Shown here piece by piece: positions 47,006 through 56,594 of a DNA stretch of 64,000 nt. Each line of letters begins with the position of its first letter. The stretch's first letter is position 1. The notes beneath the pieces are model-generated. The model did not search any database and was not told where the DNA came from. It saw nothing but the letters and a program-made list of their open reading frames with translations. The translations under genes and the position numbers were made by a program. Source of the stretch: an uncultured Leptospira sp. (GTDB lineage Bacteria > Spirochaetota > UBA4802 > UB4802). The stretch covers positions 61,190 to 125,189 of the forward strand of contig CAZDWJ010000008.1 in NCBI GenBank assembly GCA_964509195.1. Direction: 5' to 3'.

Positions 47006-47914
47006 ATGTTAAAAGATACTTTAAAATCAGCACTTAATATCCACAACGTAAGCGACAAAATGGTGAAATATATCTTCGCTGTTGTGGGATTTTTATCTGT
47101 TTCGTTTTTGTTTTTGATCATGATATTCCTCTTCAAGGAAGGTCTTCCAATTTTTAAAACGGTCAGTCTAAAGGATTTCATTTTTGGAACAAGTTGGTAT
47201 CCAACGTCAGAACCTCCAAAATTTGGGACGTTGCCATTGATTGTAGCATCATTATCAGTTACATTTGTTGCTGCTATTTTAGCTGTGCCATTCAGTTTAG
47301 GGATAGCAATCTATTTATCAGAATTGGCACCTGCATTTGTCCGTGAAATCGTCAAGCCAACCATTGAACTTATAGCATCTATTCCATCGGTTATCATTGG
47401 TTTTTTTGGAATGGTTGTTATTGCTCCATTTCTACAGTACCATTTTGATATTGATACTGGGTTGAATCTTTTTAATGCTTCAATCATGCTTGCTTTTATG
47501 GCAATACCAACAATCGCAAGCATATCAGAGGATGCTTTATCATCTGTACCGATATCATTGAAAGAGGCATCATACGCGCTTGGTGCAAACCGTTGGCAGA
47601 CAATTGTGCACATCACTATGCCTGCAGCTCTTTCAGGTATATGGACAGCTATTATACTAGGTATAGCACGAGTTCTTGGCGAAACAATGGTGGTGCTTAT
47701 GGTAGCTGGTGGTGCAACAACATTTCCCACATCGCTGTTTGACCCGGTGAGACCATTGACATCAAATATTGCTGCTGAAATGGCAGAGGCATCATATCGC
47801 AGTGACCATTATTTTGCATTGTTTGCAATAGGCATAATATTGTTTCTGCTTACGATGCTTTTTAATATTATAGCTAACTACCTTTCATTACGATATAAAT
47901 TCAAATATCATTAA
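47006..47914 (+). CDS. pstC: phosphate ABC transporter permease PstC
   Basis: 302 aa with six TM helices. The EAA-like loop reads SISEDALSSVPISLKEASYALGANRWQT. Confidence 0.9.
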   Translation: MLKDTLKSALNIHNVSDKMVKYIFAVVGFLSVSFLFLIMIFLFKEGLPIFKTVSLKDFIFGTSWYPTSEPPKFGTLPLIVASLSVTFVAAILAVPFSLGIAIYLSELAPAFVREIVKPTIELIASIPSVIIGFFGMVVIAPFLQYHFDIDTGLNLFNASIMLAFMAIPTIASISEDALSSVPISLKEASYALGANRWQTIVHITMPAALSGIWTAIILGIARVLGETMVVLMVAGGATTFPTSLFDPVRPLTSNIAAEMAEASYRSDHYFALFAIGIILFLLTMLFNIIANYLSLRYKFKYH

Positions 47915-47922
47915 AGGAAACT

Positions 47923-48789
47923 ATGGCATCATTACAGGCAAAAGCGAAAGCAATTGAAAAAACATCATTCATAATAATCAGTTCTCTGTCATATATCATA
48001 ATAGCGTTCCTGTTGTTTGTGCTGGGGTACATATTTTTACAGGGTTATCGAGCATTATCATGGGAATTTTTAACTGCATTCCCAAAAAACGAAATGCGTG
48101 AGGGGGGAATCTACCCGGCAATATTAGGAACATTCTACCTTATGGTAGGCTCTTCAGTTATATCGGTTCCTATTGGTATCATGACAGCAATATATTTGAC
48201 TGAGTATGTGGAAAATATTAAGGTGCTCCAATTCATACGGTTGGGTATCAATAATCTAGCTGGTGTACCATCGGTAGTATTTGGCCTTTTTGGATTAAGT
48301 GTTTTTGTTATATTCCTGGATTTTGGTTCTTCTATTGTTGCTGGATCACTAACATTGGGAATTCTCAACCTTCCGCTCGTCATACGTTCAACCGAGGAAG
48401 CACTGCTAACAGTGCCAATTTCATATCGTGAAGCTTCGTTATCGTTAGGTGCAACCAAATGGCAGACAATTTATAAGATAGTTCTGCCAACAGCTCTACC
48501 GGGTATACTGACGGGCATTATGCTGTCACTGGGAAGAGCAGCAGGGGAGACAGCTCCGATAATGTTTACCTGCGCTACATTTTACACACCGCATATCCCT
48601 GACTCCCTGTTCAGTGAAGTGATGGCGCTGCCCTATCACATTTATGTACTGGCTACAGCAGGAACTCACATTGAAGCAACACGGCATATACAATATGGAA
48701 CAGCGATAGTACTTATTGCACTGGTGTTGGGATTAAATTTTACCGGCATGGTATTGCGGTACAAATACAGAAAGAAATTTAAACAGTAG
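47923..48789 (+). CDS. pstA: phosphate ABC transporter permease PstA
   Basis: 288 aa. It reads RSTEEALLTVPISYREASLSLGATKWQTIYKIVLP and lies immediately downstream of pstC. Confidence 0.9.
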   Translation: MASLQAKAKAIEKTSFIIISSLSYIIIAFLLFVLGYIFLQGYRALSWEFLTAFPKNEMREGGIYPAILGTFYLMVGSSVISVPIGIMTAIYLTEYVENIKVLQFIRLGINNLAGVPSVVFGLFGLSVFVIFLDFGSSIVAGSLTLGILNLPLVIRSTEEALLTVPISYREASLSLGATKWQTIYKIVLPTALPGILTGIMLSLGRAAGETAPIMFTCATFYTPHIPDSLFSEVMALPYHIYVLATAGTHIEATRHIQYGTAIVLIALVLGLNFTGMVLRYKYRKKFKQ

Positions 48790-48943
48790 TGTTTTTATTT
48801 TACTCTAAAAGTTTTAATTAAATTGCACCAGCCTCTTTTGATAAAAAATGTGATTTTCATTCTGTATCTGTGACGATTTTGCACTGCAATGAAATTGTTA
48901 AGATGATATTGTTAACAAGCACACATTGTGATAAACTGTAATA

Positions 48944-49237
48944 ATGAAAATATTTACATAGAATGATGAAAAGAATACACTATTGAAAAGAACCGGAGTA
49001 TTTCTTTTTAAGGTTGTGGTTAATTGTATTCAAGAGGGCAAATTATTGTCAATTGTTGAGCATAAAAATCCAGATAGATATCCTAACCAAAGGATGTACA
49101 TAATTGAGTTTAACAATTATGTATATTTAGTCCCTTTTATTAAAACTGAAAAGTAAATTTTTTTGAAAACAATTATTCCCATAAGAAGAGCAACGAAATT
49201 TTCTCTAGAGGAAAATAAAAAAACAAATTTAGTAAAT
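48944..49237 (+). pseudogene. BrnT-like (DUF497-type) toxin gene with two in-frame stop codons
   Basis: A single frame reads MKIFT*NDEKNTLLKRTGVFLFKVVVNCIQEGKLLSIVEHKNPDRYPNQRMYIIEFNNYVYLVPFIKTEK*IFLKTIIPIRRATKF. The TAG (48959..48961) sits where this family has the conserved Trp (W-D-x-x-K-N). The TAA is at 49154..49156. Confidence 0.5.
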
Positions 49238-49500
49238 ATGAAAAGAGATGTAGTAGAATTTTATAAAAATAATGAGTTAGAAAGAAGTTAAGGGGATAAA
49301 GAATAAAATTAAAAGACATGGAAGCCATGCAAAAGCTGCTTTAAAGAACGATAAACGCGTAAATATACGAATTTCACAAAAGAATCTTGAATCATTACAA
49401 AATAGCGTTGGAAGAAGGTATTCCTTACCAAACTTTGATGTCCAGTGTACTTCGTAAATATGCAAATGGGAAATTAGTTGAAGTTAAGAAATATAAATAA
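49238..49500 (+). pseudogene. BrnA-like (CopG/RHH) antitoxin gene with at least two frameshifts
   Basis: It is spread over three frames: MKRDVVEFYKNNELERS*, then KEVKGIKNKIKRHGSHAKAALKNDKRVNIRISQKNLESLQN, then IALEEGIPYQTLMSSVLRKYANGKLVEVKKYK*. The shifts occur at A-runs near 49280 and 49400. Confidence 0.5.
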
Positions 49501-49508
49501 TGATTTTT

Positions 49509-51242
49509 TTACTTATGTGGTATTATAATTGTAAATGTAGAACCATTTGATGAAGAAGTTACTCCAATTGACCAACCTAATATAAGTGCTGCATGTTTCA
49601 CAATTGAAAGGCCAAGTCCTGTACCGCCAGTTTCGCGTGAACGACTTTTATCCACGCGGTAGAAACGCTCAAAGATCCTATTAATTTCATCATGAGGGAT
49701 TCCTATGCCAGTATCAGTGATATATATTGTGAGCAATTGAGGGTTTGAAGTAGCTGTGATAGTGATTGAACCGTGCTCATTGTTGTAATTAATGGCATTG
49801 TCAATTATATTGAAGAATATCTCTTCAGCTAAAAATGCATTCCCCAAAATATTTTCAGGCAGGGATTCAATGTCCATAACTATCGCCAGGTTCTTTTTAT
49901 GAATTTTTGGCATTAGCAGATCAACACACTGTGAAATGACTTTTTTAAGATTAACAGATTCGCTGGTGATGTAGGACGATGTTTCTAATTGATTGAGTTT
50001 AAGCATATCGTTGATGATAGCATTCTGGCGTTCAACATTGGCCAGGGCACTTTCAATAAAATTCTCAGCTGTTTTCTGGTCGCAAATATTGTCTTTAATT
50101 GTTTCTAAATATCCGCGGATGATACTGATAGGTGTTTTTAATTCATGTGAAAGATTGCCCACAAGATCCGATTTGAGTTGCTGTATGCGCTTTTGTTCCG
50201 TGACATCATGCATCAGTAGCAGGGTGCCCGTAGCAGGTTCAGCAAACGGATAGATAAATATCTGAAAATGATTCCCAGCTATTGTTTCTTCAAACGATAT
50301 CCTCTGCTTCTGAGAAAAGGCAACATGTATTTTTGCGTTCAACTCGCTGTGGCGGATGACCGTGAAATAATATTTGTTGGTAATGCTTTCAGGGTACTCA
50401 AAGCAGTGAGCAAATGCTTTATTGTGAATAGTAATTTTTTTATCTTCATCGATTAGTGCAATGGGGTCATGGATGCTTTCAATAATCATGAAAAGTTTGT
50501 TCTTTTCATTGGTAAGTTCGTTGATGCGCTGCTGTATGTTATCTGCCAGCTGATTCATGGCTTTTTGCAAATATCCCATTTCATCATCTTTGTAATTGAG
50601 AATACGTGCACCAAGATCACCATTGAAAAACCTGTGTATGAACTGCAATGAATCCTTGATTGGTTTTGTGAAAGCAGTGGCAAACAGTGCAGTAACTATA
50701 ACACTTATCACCAATACAACAATACCAACAGCAAGAATATTTTTAGTGATGGATTCAATCAATGCGTTAATAGTATTCAATGATTTAGCTGTGCGGATAT
50801 AGTAATAATTGTAATATGAGGCAACATATAGCATATCGGCATTCATTGTAGTACTGTATCGTACAGACATACCGGTGCCCTTTTTTCGTGCTTCCAGGAT
50901 TTCAGGGCGGTATAAGTGGTTTTCCATTAAATCAGGATTGGCATCTGAATCAAAAATGACGGTACCATCATTCTGTATGATAGTAATGCGCAAAGAACTT
51001 TTCTGAGCAACATTTTTTAACGCAGTTGCTATCTCATTGTTAAAAAACATTTTGCTCACTGGTTTGTGAAATGAAAGGAGGTAGGTGTTTATATATTCAA
51101 TATTTTGCTGCAATTCAACTTTTAAAAATATTCTGAATTCATTCTGTATATGGCGTTGAATGTATAATAAAAGAAGCGAAATAAAAAGGATTAATGCTAT
51201 AGAATAAACAATGATTAATTTTGATTTAAGGCTCTGTATCAT
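49509..51242 (-). CDS. phoR: phosphate regulon sensor histidine kinase
   Basis: 577 aa. It has two TM segments, HAMP and PAS domains, the H-box LSHELKTPISII, and N/G boxes IIDNAINYN, DTGIGIP and GGTGLGLSIVK. It follows phoB. Confidence 0.85.
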   Translation of the reverse strand: MIQSLKSKLIIVYSIALILFISLLLLYIQRHIQNEFRIFLKVELQQNIEYINTYLLSFHKPVSKMFFNNEIATALKNVAQKSSLRITIIQNDGTVIFDSDANPDLMENHLYRPEILEARKKGTGMSVRYSTTMNADMLYVASYYNYYYIRTAKSLNTINALIESITKNILAVGIVVLVISVIVTALFATAFTKPIKDSLQFIHRFFNGDLGARILNYKDDEMGYLQKAMNQLADNIQQRINELTNEKNKLFMIIESIHDPIALIDEDKKITIHNKAFAHCFEYPESITNKYYFTVIRHSELNAKIHVAFSQKQRISFEETIAGNHFQIFIYPFAEPATGTLLLMHDVTEQKRIQQLKSDLVGNLSHELKTPISIIRGYLETIKDNICDQKTAENFIESALANVERQNAIINDMLKLNQLETSSYITSESVNLKKVISQCVDLLMPKIHKKNLAIVMDIESLPENILGNAFLAEEIFFNIIDNAINYNNEHGSITITATSNPQLLTIYITDTGIGIPHDEINRIFERFYRVDKSRSRETGGTGLGLSIVKHAALILGWSIGVTSSSNGSTFTIIIPHK

Positions 51243-51249
51243 TATGCTG

Positions 51250-51930
51250 TTACCCTTTTAACCCGTAGCCAACGCCAGAATACGTCTTGATGGCTTCCTT
51301 ATAATGCCCTAACTTTTTCCTTAAATTCATAATATGCACGTCAACCGTTCTGTCAATTACATATACATTATCTCCGCGAATACTGTCGATGATGTTATCA
51401 CGGGAAAATATTTTGCCAGGGTATTGCATGAAGAGTTTAAGAATAAGAAATTCGGTTTTTGTTAAATCAACGGGTTCTTTGTCGATAGTTACTGAAAATT
51501 TTTCTGGATACAGTGCAATGCCTTTATATGTTAGGACTTCTTTCGGTGTTTCTTCTTTGCCATGGACACGCCGCAAGATTGCTTTCACACGGGCAATGAG
51601 TTCGTGTATGCTAAATGGTTTGGTGATGTAGTCATCAGCTCCCAATTCAAGCCCTAACACTTTATCAAGCTCTGCTGATTTTGCTGACAGGAATAAAATG
51701 GGGATTTCTTTTAAATTGCTGGATGCCCGGATCTGCTTACACAGATCCAATCCATCCATACCGCTCATCATGATGTCAAGAATTAAAAGATCAGGTTTGG
51801 CGATAGCTAACTGTTTTAAAACCTCTTCAGCTGAAGCAAATGTAAAAACATCATACCCATTTTTTTGAAGATTGACTTTCAGGATCTCGCGAATATCCTT
51901 TTCATCATCAACAACATATATTTTTGGCAT
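51250..51930 (-). CDS. phoB: OmpR-family phosphate regulon response regulator
   Basis: 226 aa. It has a receiver domain (DLLILDIMMSGMDG) and a winged-helix domain (LTKTEFLILKLF...GVGYGL). Confidence 0.85.
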   Translation of the reverse strand: MPKIYVVDDEKDIREILKVNLQKNGYDVFTFASAEEVLKQLAIAKPDLLILDIMMSGMDGLDLCKQIRASSNLKEIPILFLSAKSAELDKVLGLELGADDYITKPFSIHELIARVKAILRRVHGKEETPKEVLTYKGIALYPEKFSVTIDKEPVDLTKTEFLILKLFMQYPGKIFSRDNIIDSIRGDNVYVIDRTVDVHIMNLRKKLGHYKEAIKTYSGVGYGLKG

Positions 51931-51933
51931 GCA

Positions 51934-52587
51934 TTACTCCTGATGTCGTATATCTTCGCCTTCAATAAAGTAGATTGCCCTCTCAGCGATGTTGGTTGCG
52001 TGATCGCCAATGCGCTCTAAGGCTTTTGCCACCATGATAAGGCCAAATGCAGGTGATATGGTAGCAGGGTTTTCCACCATAAAGCTGAATAGTTCACGGT
52101 TGATTTGCATATTGAGTTCATCAACTTCTTTATCCATCTCAATGCATTTACGCGCGTAAGTGATATTTTTTTCGGTTATTGACTGAAATGCTAGTTTAAT
52201 CATTTTAATACAGATTTCTGTCATGCGGGGAATATCAATAAGTGGTTTTAGGAGTGATTTGCCTTCCAGACGAATGGTCTCTTTTGCAATGTTTGTTGCC
52301 AGGTCACCAATGCGTTCCAAATCAGTGTTGGATTTTAGAATTGCCAATATTAATCTTAGGTCGGCAGCTGCAGGCTGTTTGGTGACAAGAATTCTACCAC
52401 ACTCTTCATCAATAAACACTTCCAGTTTATCCAGTATGGTGTCTTTCTGTATTACTTTCTCGGCTAGTTTCACATCTATCGTCTTTAATGACTGTACCGA
52501 ATCGCTCACTGCTTCAATGGCGATATCTGCCATCTCCAGTATTTTGCGCAATAAATCATTGAGTTCCTGTTCAAGGTGTGTTGGCAT
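51934..52587 (-). CDS. phoU: phosphate signalling complex protein PhoU
   Basis: 217 aa. It has two PhoU repeats with the ERIGD motif (DLERIGDLATNIA; LERIGDHATNIA). Confidence 0.9.
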   Translation of the reverse strand: MPTHLEQELNDLLRKILEMADIAIEAVSDSVQSLKTIDVKLAEKVIQKDTILDKLEVFIDEECGRILVTKQPAAADLRLILAILKSNTDLERIGDLATNIAKETIRLEGKSLLKPLIDIPRMTEICIKMIKLAFQSITEKNITYARKCIEMDKEVDELNMQINRELFSFMVENPATISPAFGLIMVAKALERIGDHATNIAERAIYFIEGEDIRHQE

Positions 52588-52608
52588 TGTGGTCTCCTTA
52601 AAAAAGTA

Positions 52609-53373
52609 TTATCCAAATTTACCAGTTATGTAATTTTCGGTCATCTGCTTTTCTGGTTTTGTAAACATGATTTCGGTTTTATTTACTTCAATGAGCTTAC
52701 CCATATAAAAAAATGCAGTATAATCGCTCACACGAGCTGCCTGTTGCATATTGTGTGTTACTATTATTATGGTGTATTGCTTTTTTAAATCTTGAATAAG
52801 CTCTTCAATCTTTTGCGTTGAGATGGGATCAAGCGCTGATGCTGGTTCATCCATTAGAATAATCTCAGGCTGCACAGCAATGGTACGCGCTATACAGAGC
52901 CGCTGTTGCTGACCTCCTGAAAGGCTCATAGCTGAATCATTGAGCCTGTCCTTTACCTCATCCCATAGAGCAGTGCGTTTTAATGAATCCTCAACAATAC
53001 GTTCTATAGTGTACCTGTCTTTAATACCATTTATCTTAAGCCCGTATGCAATATTATCAAAGATTGATTTTGGGAATGGATTTGATTTCTGAAACACCAT
53101 TCCAACTCTTCGACGCAGTTGTGTAACATCATACCTGGTATGGTATATGGATTCATTATCTATGACTAATTCCCCTTCAATTCTGGTATACGGAATAATA
53201 TCATTCATCCTGTTGATGCAGCGCAGGAATGTTGATTTCCCACATCCTGAAGGTCCAATCAGTGCCATTACTGTGTTTTTATACACTGTTAAGTCAATAT
53301 TGAAAAGAGCCTGATTATCACCGTAAAAAAAAGATAGATTTTCTGCTTTAACCTTTACTGTGTTTTCAGACAT
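52609..53373 (-). CDS. pstB: phosphate ABC transporter ATP-binding protein
   Basis: 254 aa. It has Walker [10 protein letters not shown], the signature LSGGQQQRL and Walker B ILMDEP. Confidence 0.95.
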   Translation of the reverse strand: MSENTVKVKAENLSFFYGDNQALFNIDLTVYKNTVMALIGPSGCGKSTFLRCINRMNDIIPYTRIEGELVIDNESIYHTRYDVTQLRRRVGMVFQKSNPFPKSIFDNIAYGLKINGIKDRYTIERIVEDSLKRTALWDEVKDRLNDSAMSLSGGQQQRLCIARTIAVQPEIILMDEPASALDPISTQKIEELIQDLKKQYTIIIVTHNMQQAARVSDYTAFFYMGKLIEVNKTEIMFTKPEKQMTENYITGKFG

Positions 53374-53641
53374 ATATCACCGTTATTTTATTTCTTTATA
53401 CAACTGACTTTGATTAATAGAATCAAATCACTCAAAGGTTAAGAATTTATAATGATAATATAAAGAAAATGTTAAGTTTCTATAACAAAAAAATGTAATG
53501 CACTTGACTATTCCCATAATACAAATAGAAAATTAATCGTATCTTTATAAAATTTTCATAATAGCGGGATACTTATTACACCAGGTGAAAGTAGTTATTG
53601 TGATTTACACAATAGTTATTAAAATATAACAGGAGGCCATA

Positions 53642-54472
53642 ATGAAGGTCAAGAGTTTTTCAGTTTTTTTAATGATAATGGCGTTAATAAGCTCATTATC
53701 AATTGGTTTTTCACAGACTAAAGGATCAAAAGTAGTTATTAAAGGTTCAACAACAGTATTGCCGATAGCTCAGAAAGCACTGGAAGCATTTTATGAAAAG
53801 ACAAAGATTGTCATAAGTCTTTCGGGCACCGGTTCAGGCGATGGGATTAAATCACTTATTGATGGCAGCTGTGACATCGCAAATTCTTCAAGAGAAATGA
53901 AACCTGAAGAATTAAGTCTGGCAAAATCTAAGGGTGAAAAGATTAAAGAAGTTGCTATCGCGTATGATATGATAGTCCCAGTCGTGCATCCTTCAAATCC
54001 AGTAAAAAATCTTTCCATGGCTCAGCTGAAAGCTATTTATGAAGGCGCTATCACCAACTGGAGCCAGGTAGGTGGCAATAATGAAAGGATAGTAGTAATA
54101 TCTCGCGACTCAAGTTCCGGTACATTTGAAGTATGGGAAACCAAAGTTATGAAGAAAGCGGAGGTCCGTAAGGATGCGTTATTACAGGCATCTAATGGTG
54201 CAATAGTATCAGTTGTTTCAAAGAATAAAAGAGCCATTGGATATATAGGTTTTGGATATCTTGATGACAGGGTAAAAGCATTAACAGTTAATAATGTTGA
54301 ACCAACAATCCCTAATGGCAAATCAGGTGTATATCCTATAGCCCGTAAATTGTATATGTATGTTAATGAAGTGAAAATCAAACCAGAAGCCCAGCAATTT
54401 ATAGATTTTATCCTTTCAAAAGAAGGACAGCAGATTGTGAAAGCAGCAGGTTTTATACCACTCACTGATTAA
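53642..54472 (+). CDS. pstS: phosphate ABC transporter substrate-binding protein (copy 1)
   Basis: 276 aa. It has a signal peptide without a Cys lipobox and reads IKGSTTVLPIAQK...SGTGSGDGIK...SSREM...ISRDSSSGT. AGGAGG SD. Confidence 0.9.
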   Translation: MKVKSFSVFLMIMALISSLSIGFSQTKGSKVVIKGSTTVLPIAQKALEAFYEKTKIVISLSGTGSGDGIKSLIDGSCDIANSSREMKPEELSLAKSKGEKIKEVAIAYDMIVPVVHPSNPVKNLSMAQLKAIYEGAITNWSQVGGNNERIVVISRDSSSGTFEVWETKVMKKAEVRKDALLQASNGAIVSVVSKNKRAIGYIGFGYLDDRVKALTVNNVEPTIPNGKSGVYPIARKLYMYVNEVKIKPEAQQFIDFILSKEGQQIVKAAGFIPLTD

Positions 54473-54497
54473 TGTACATACAAAATATTGATTTATA

Positions 54498-54525
54498 AAA
54501 CGCTACAGCAATGTAGCGTTTTTTG
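54498..54525 (+). terminator. intrinsic terminator after pstS copy 1
   Basis: AAACGCTACA-GCAA-TGTAGCGTT followed by TTTTTT. Confidence 0.75.
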
Positions 54526-54624
54526 TTAAAAAAGTGTTGCAAAAGATTGGAATGACTGATAGATTAAAAAAGGAACGGGGCTAAGGGCTAGGTAAATAAT
54601 TTAATTCTCTATGGAGGGTACAAC

Positions 54625-55452
54625 ATGAAAATAAAAAGTATCATATTTTTTATATTGATATTTGTTATCGCAATAGTACTGAGCATGTCGTGTTCAAAAG
54701 AAGCTAAGGAGAAAATTGTTATAAAAGGGTCAACTACGGTGTTGCCCATTACCCAAAAAGCTGCGGAAGCTTTTTATGAAAAAAATAAAATTGTCATTTC
54801 TCTTTCAGGTACTGGCTCAGGTGACGGGATTAAGTCTTTAATTAATGGTAGCTGTGATATTGCCAATTCTTCACGGGAGATGCATCCAGAAGAATTAGAC
54901 CTGGCAAAACGTAAAGGTGAAGTAATAAAAGAAGTGGCAATTGCGTTTGATATGATAGTTCCTATTGTGCATCCTTCAAACCCTGTTTCAAATCTCACGT
55001 TGCATCAGTTAAAAGCAATATATGAAGGGTCAGTCAAAAACTGGAAGGATGTTGGTGGAAAAGATGAAGCTATCGTTGTCATTTCACGCGATTCAAGTTC
55101 GGGCACATTTGAAGTGTGGGAATCTAAAGTAATGAAACATGGTGAAGTGCGTAAAGACGCACTACTGCAGGCTTCTAACGGAGCTATCGTGCAGACTGTA
55201 TCACAAAACCTTAAAGCAATAGGTTATGTGGGTTACGGATATCTGAATGACAGAGTGAAGCCATTATTTGTAAATAATGTTGAACCAACAATTGACAATG
55301 GAAAAAGTGGCAAATATCCTATAGCTCGCAAACTCTATATGTATGTGAATGAAGTAAAAATAAAGCCAGCCGCACAAGCATTCATAGATTTCATGCTATC
55401 TGATGAAGGTCAGGCGATAGTGAAAGAGGCGGGCTTTATTCCGGTTAAATAG
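54625..55452 (+). CDS. pstS: phosphate ABC transporter substrate-binding lipoprotein (copy 2)
   Basis: 275 aa. It is about four-fifths identical to copy 1 by eye, but has the lipobox LSMSC. Confidence 0.9.
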   Translation: MKIKSIIFFILIFVIAIVLSMSCSKEAKEKIVIKGSTTVLPITQKAAEAFYEKNKIVISLSGTGSGDGIKSLINGSCDIANSSREMHPEELDLAKRKGEVIKEVAIAFDMIVPIVHPSNPVSNLTLHQLKAIYEGSVKNWKDVGGKDEAIVVISRDSSSGTFEVWESKVMKHGEVRKDALLQASNGAIVQTVSQNLKAIGYVGYGYLNDRVKPLFVNNVEPTIDNGKSGKYPIARKLYMYVNEVKIKPAAQAFIDFMLSDEGQAIVKEAGFIPVK

Positions 55453-55814
55453 TATCGTGTCGTTTTTATACGGTATTGTTATAGTTTAAATAATTAAACT
55501 CAGTCCATAATTTTTGGGAAAATTTAAAAAATGATAACTCAATATTTTCTATGATTAAAAAATAATAATATATGGTGTAAAACCACCAGATTAAGGAATG
55601 GTATATGAGCAGTTTATAATAAGAGGTAATTTATGATGAACGATCTATTGCCATATTTGGGGGTTGCGTTATTAAAACAGTATAAGAAAGGAACGTTCTT
55701 CTATTTTCAAAATTTTCAAATAGGACAAATTACATTCAATTATAAAAGAATATTTCTGTTACAGCCAAAGTATTTCTAAATATTCCTACTCTAGCTACTT
55801 TTGATTTTAGCATT

Positions 55815-56360
55815 ATGGAATTTGAAAAATTTATTTTTAGTTTACCAGATACACCTAGTTTTATTCATCTAAAAAATTTTTATGAAAGTTATTATAATAA
55901 TAGTTCTGATAAAACAATTGTTGTTCCCGTTTTAGACCACAATCTAATTGATATAGATAACTGTATAGCTGGCTATCTTTGGGAGGAAGAAGTTGATGGA
56001 AATGGGCTAGTTTTTGTACCATTTAAATCATTTGAATTAGTTAAGAATTATATACCCTCTTTTATTGAAAAAGGAGAACAACCTTTAAACGTAATAGCTT
56101 TTGACTTTTTACTATGTGCTATATCAGAAAATAAAAATATACCAGCAATGCAACCATATTTAAAAGCTATGTTACATATGAATGATATTGAAGAAGATTA
56201 TTATTATGATAGTGGGGTGAGTATAGTTATATATTTTTTAGATGCAATAAAGGTATGGAGATCTAAAAATATTAAACCATTAAGAGATGAACTAAAGATG
56301 AAATTGAAAAGATATGAAAGAGGAATGCAAAAATGGAATGAAACACAAAACGAAAAATGA
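55815..56360 (+). CDS. hypothetical protein (orphan, AT-rich codon usage)
   Basis: 181-aa ORF with no motif I recognise. Both the gene and its 360-bp upstream spacer are visibly more AT-rich than their neighbours. Confidence 0.45.
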   Translation: MEFEKFIFSLPDTPSFIHLKNFYESYYNNSSDKTIVVPVLDHNLIDIDNCIAGYLWEEEVDGNGLVFVPFKSFELVKNYIPSFIEKGEQPLNVIAFDFLLCAISENKNIPAMQPYLKAMLHMNDIEEDYYYDSGVSIVIYFLDAIKVWRSKNIKPLRDELKMKLKRYERGMQKWNETQNEK

Positions 56361-56594
56361 AGCCGCATAATAAGCACGTCCATTAAAGTAGTTTTTAATA
56401 GAACACCATGCTTTATAGATGCTGTTATGACGTATTATACATATTTATGAGATACCAAAGGGGCTAAAGAGGGGTTATTAATAAATGCTCAATTTTGGTA
56501 AAAAATATCCAGAAGAGCAATTAATTGTGGAGTGTATCATTTTTAACAGGCAGTGTTATTTTCTATATTCAAATTGAATTTAGCTGAGGTAAGT

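Noticed and set aside
53791-54465. Minus-strand ORFs 53791..54018 and 54037..54465, and the similar 54774..54998
   Set aside because: They are antisense to the two pstS genes. Their apparent conservation between the two loci is a by-product of the pstS duplication.
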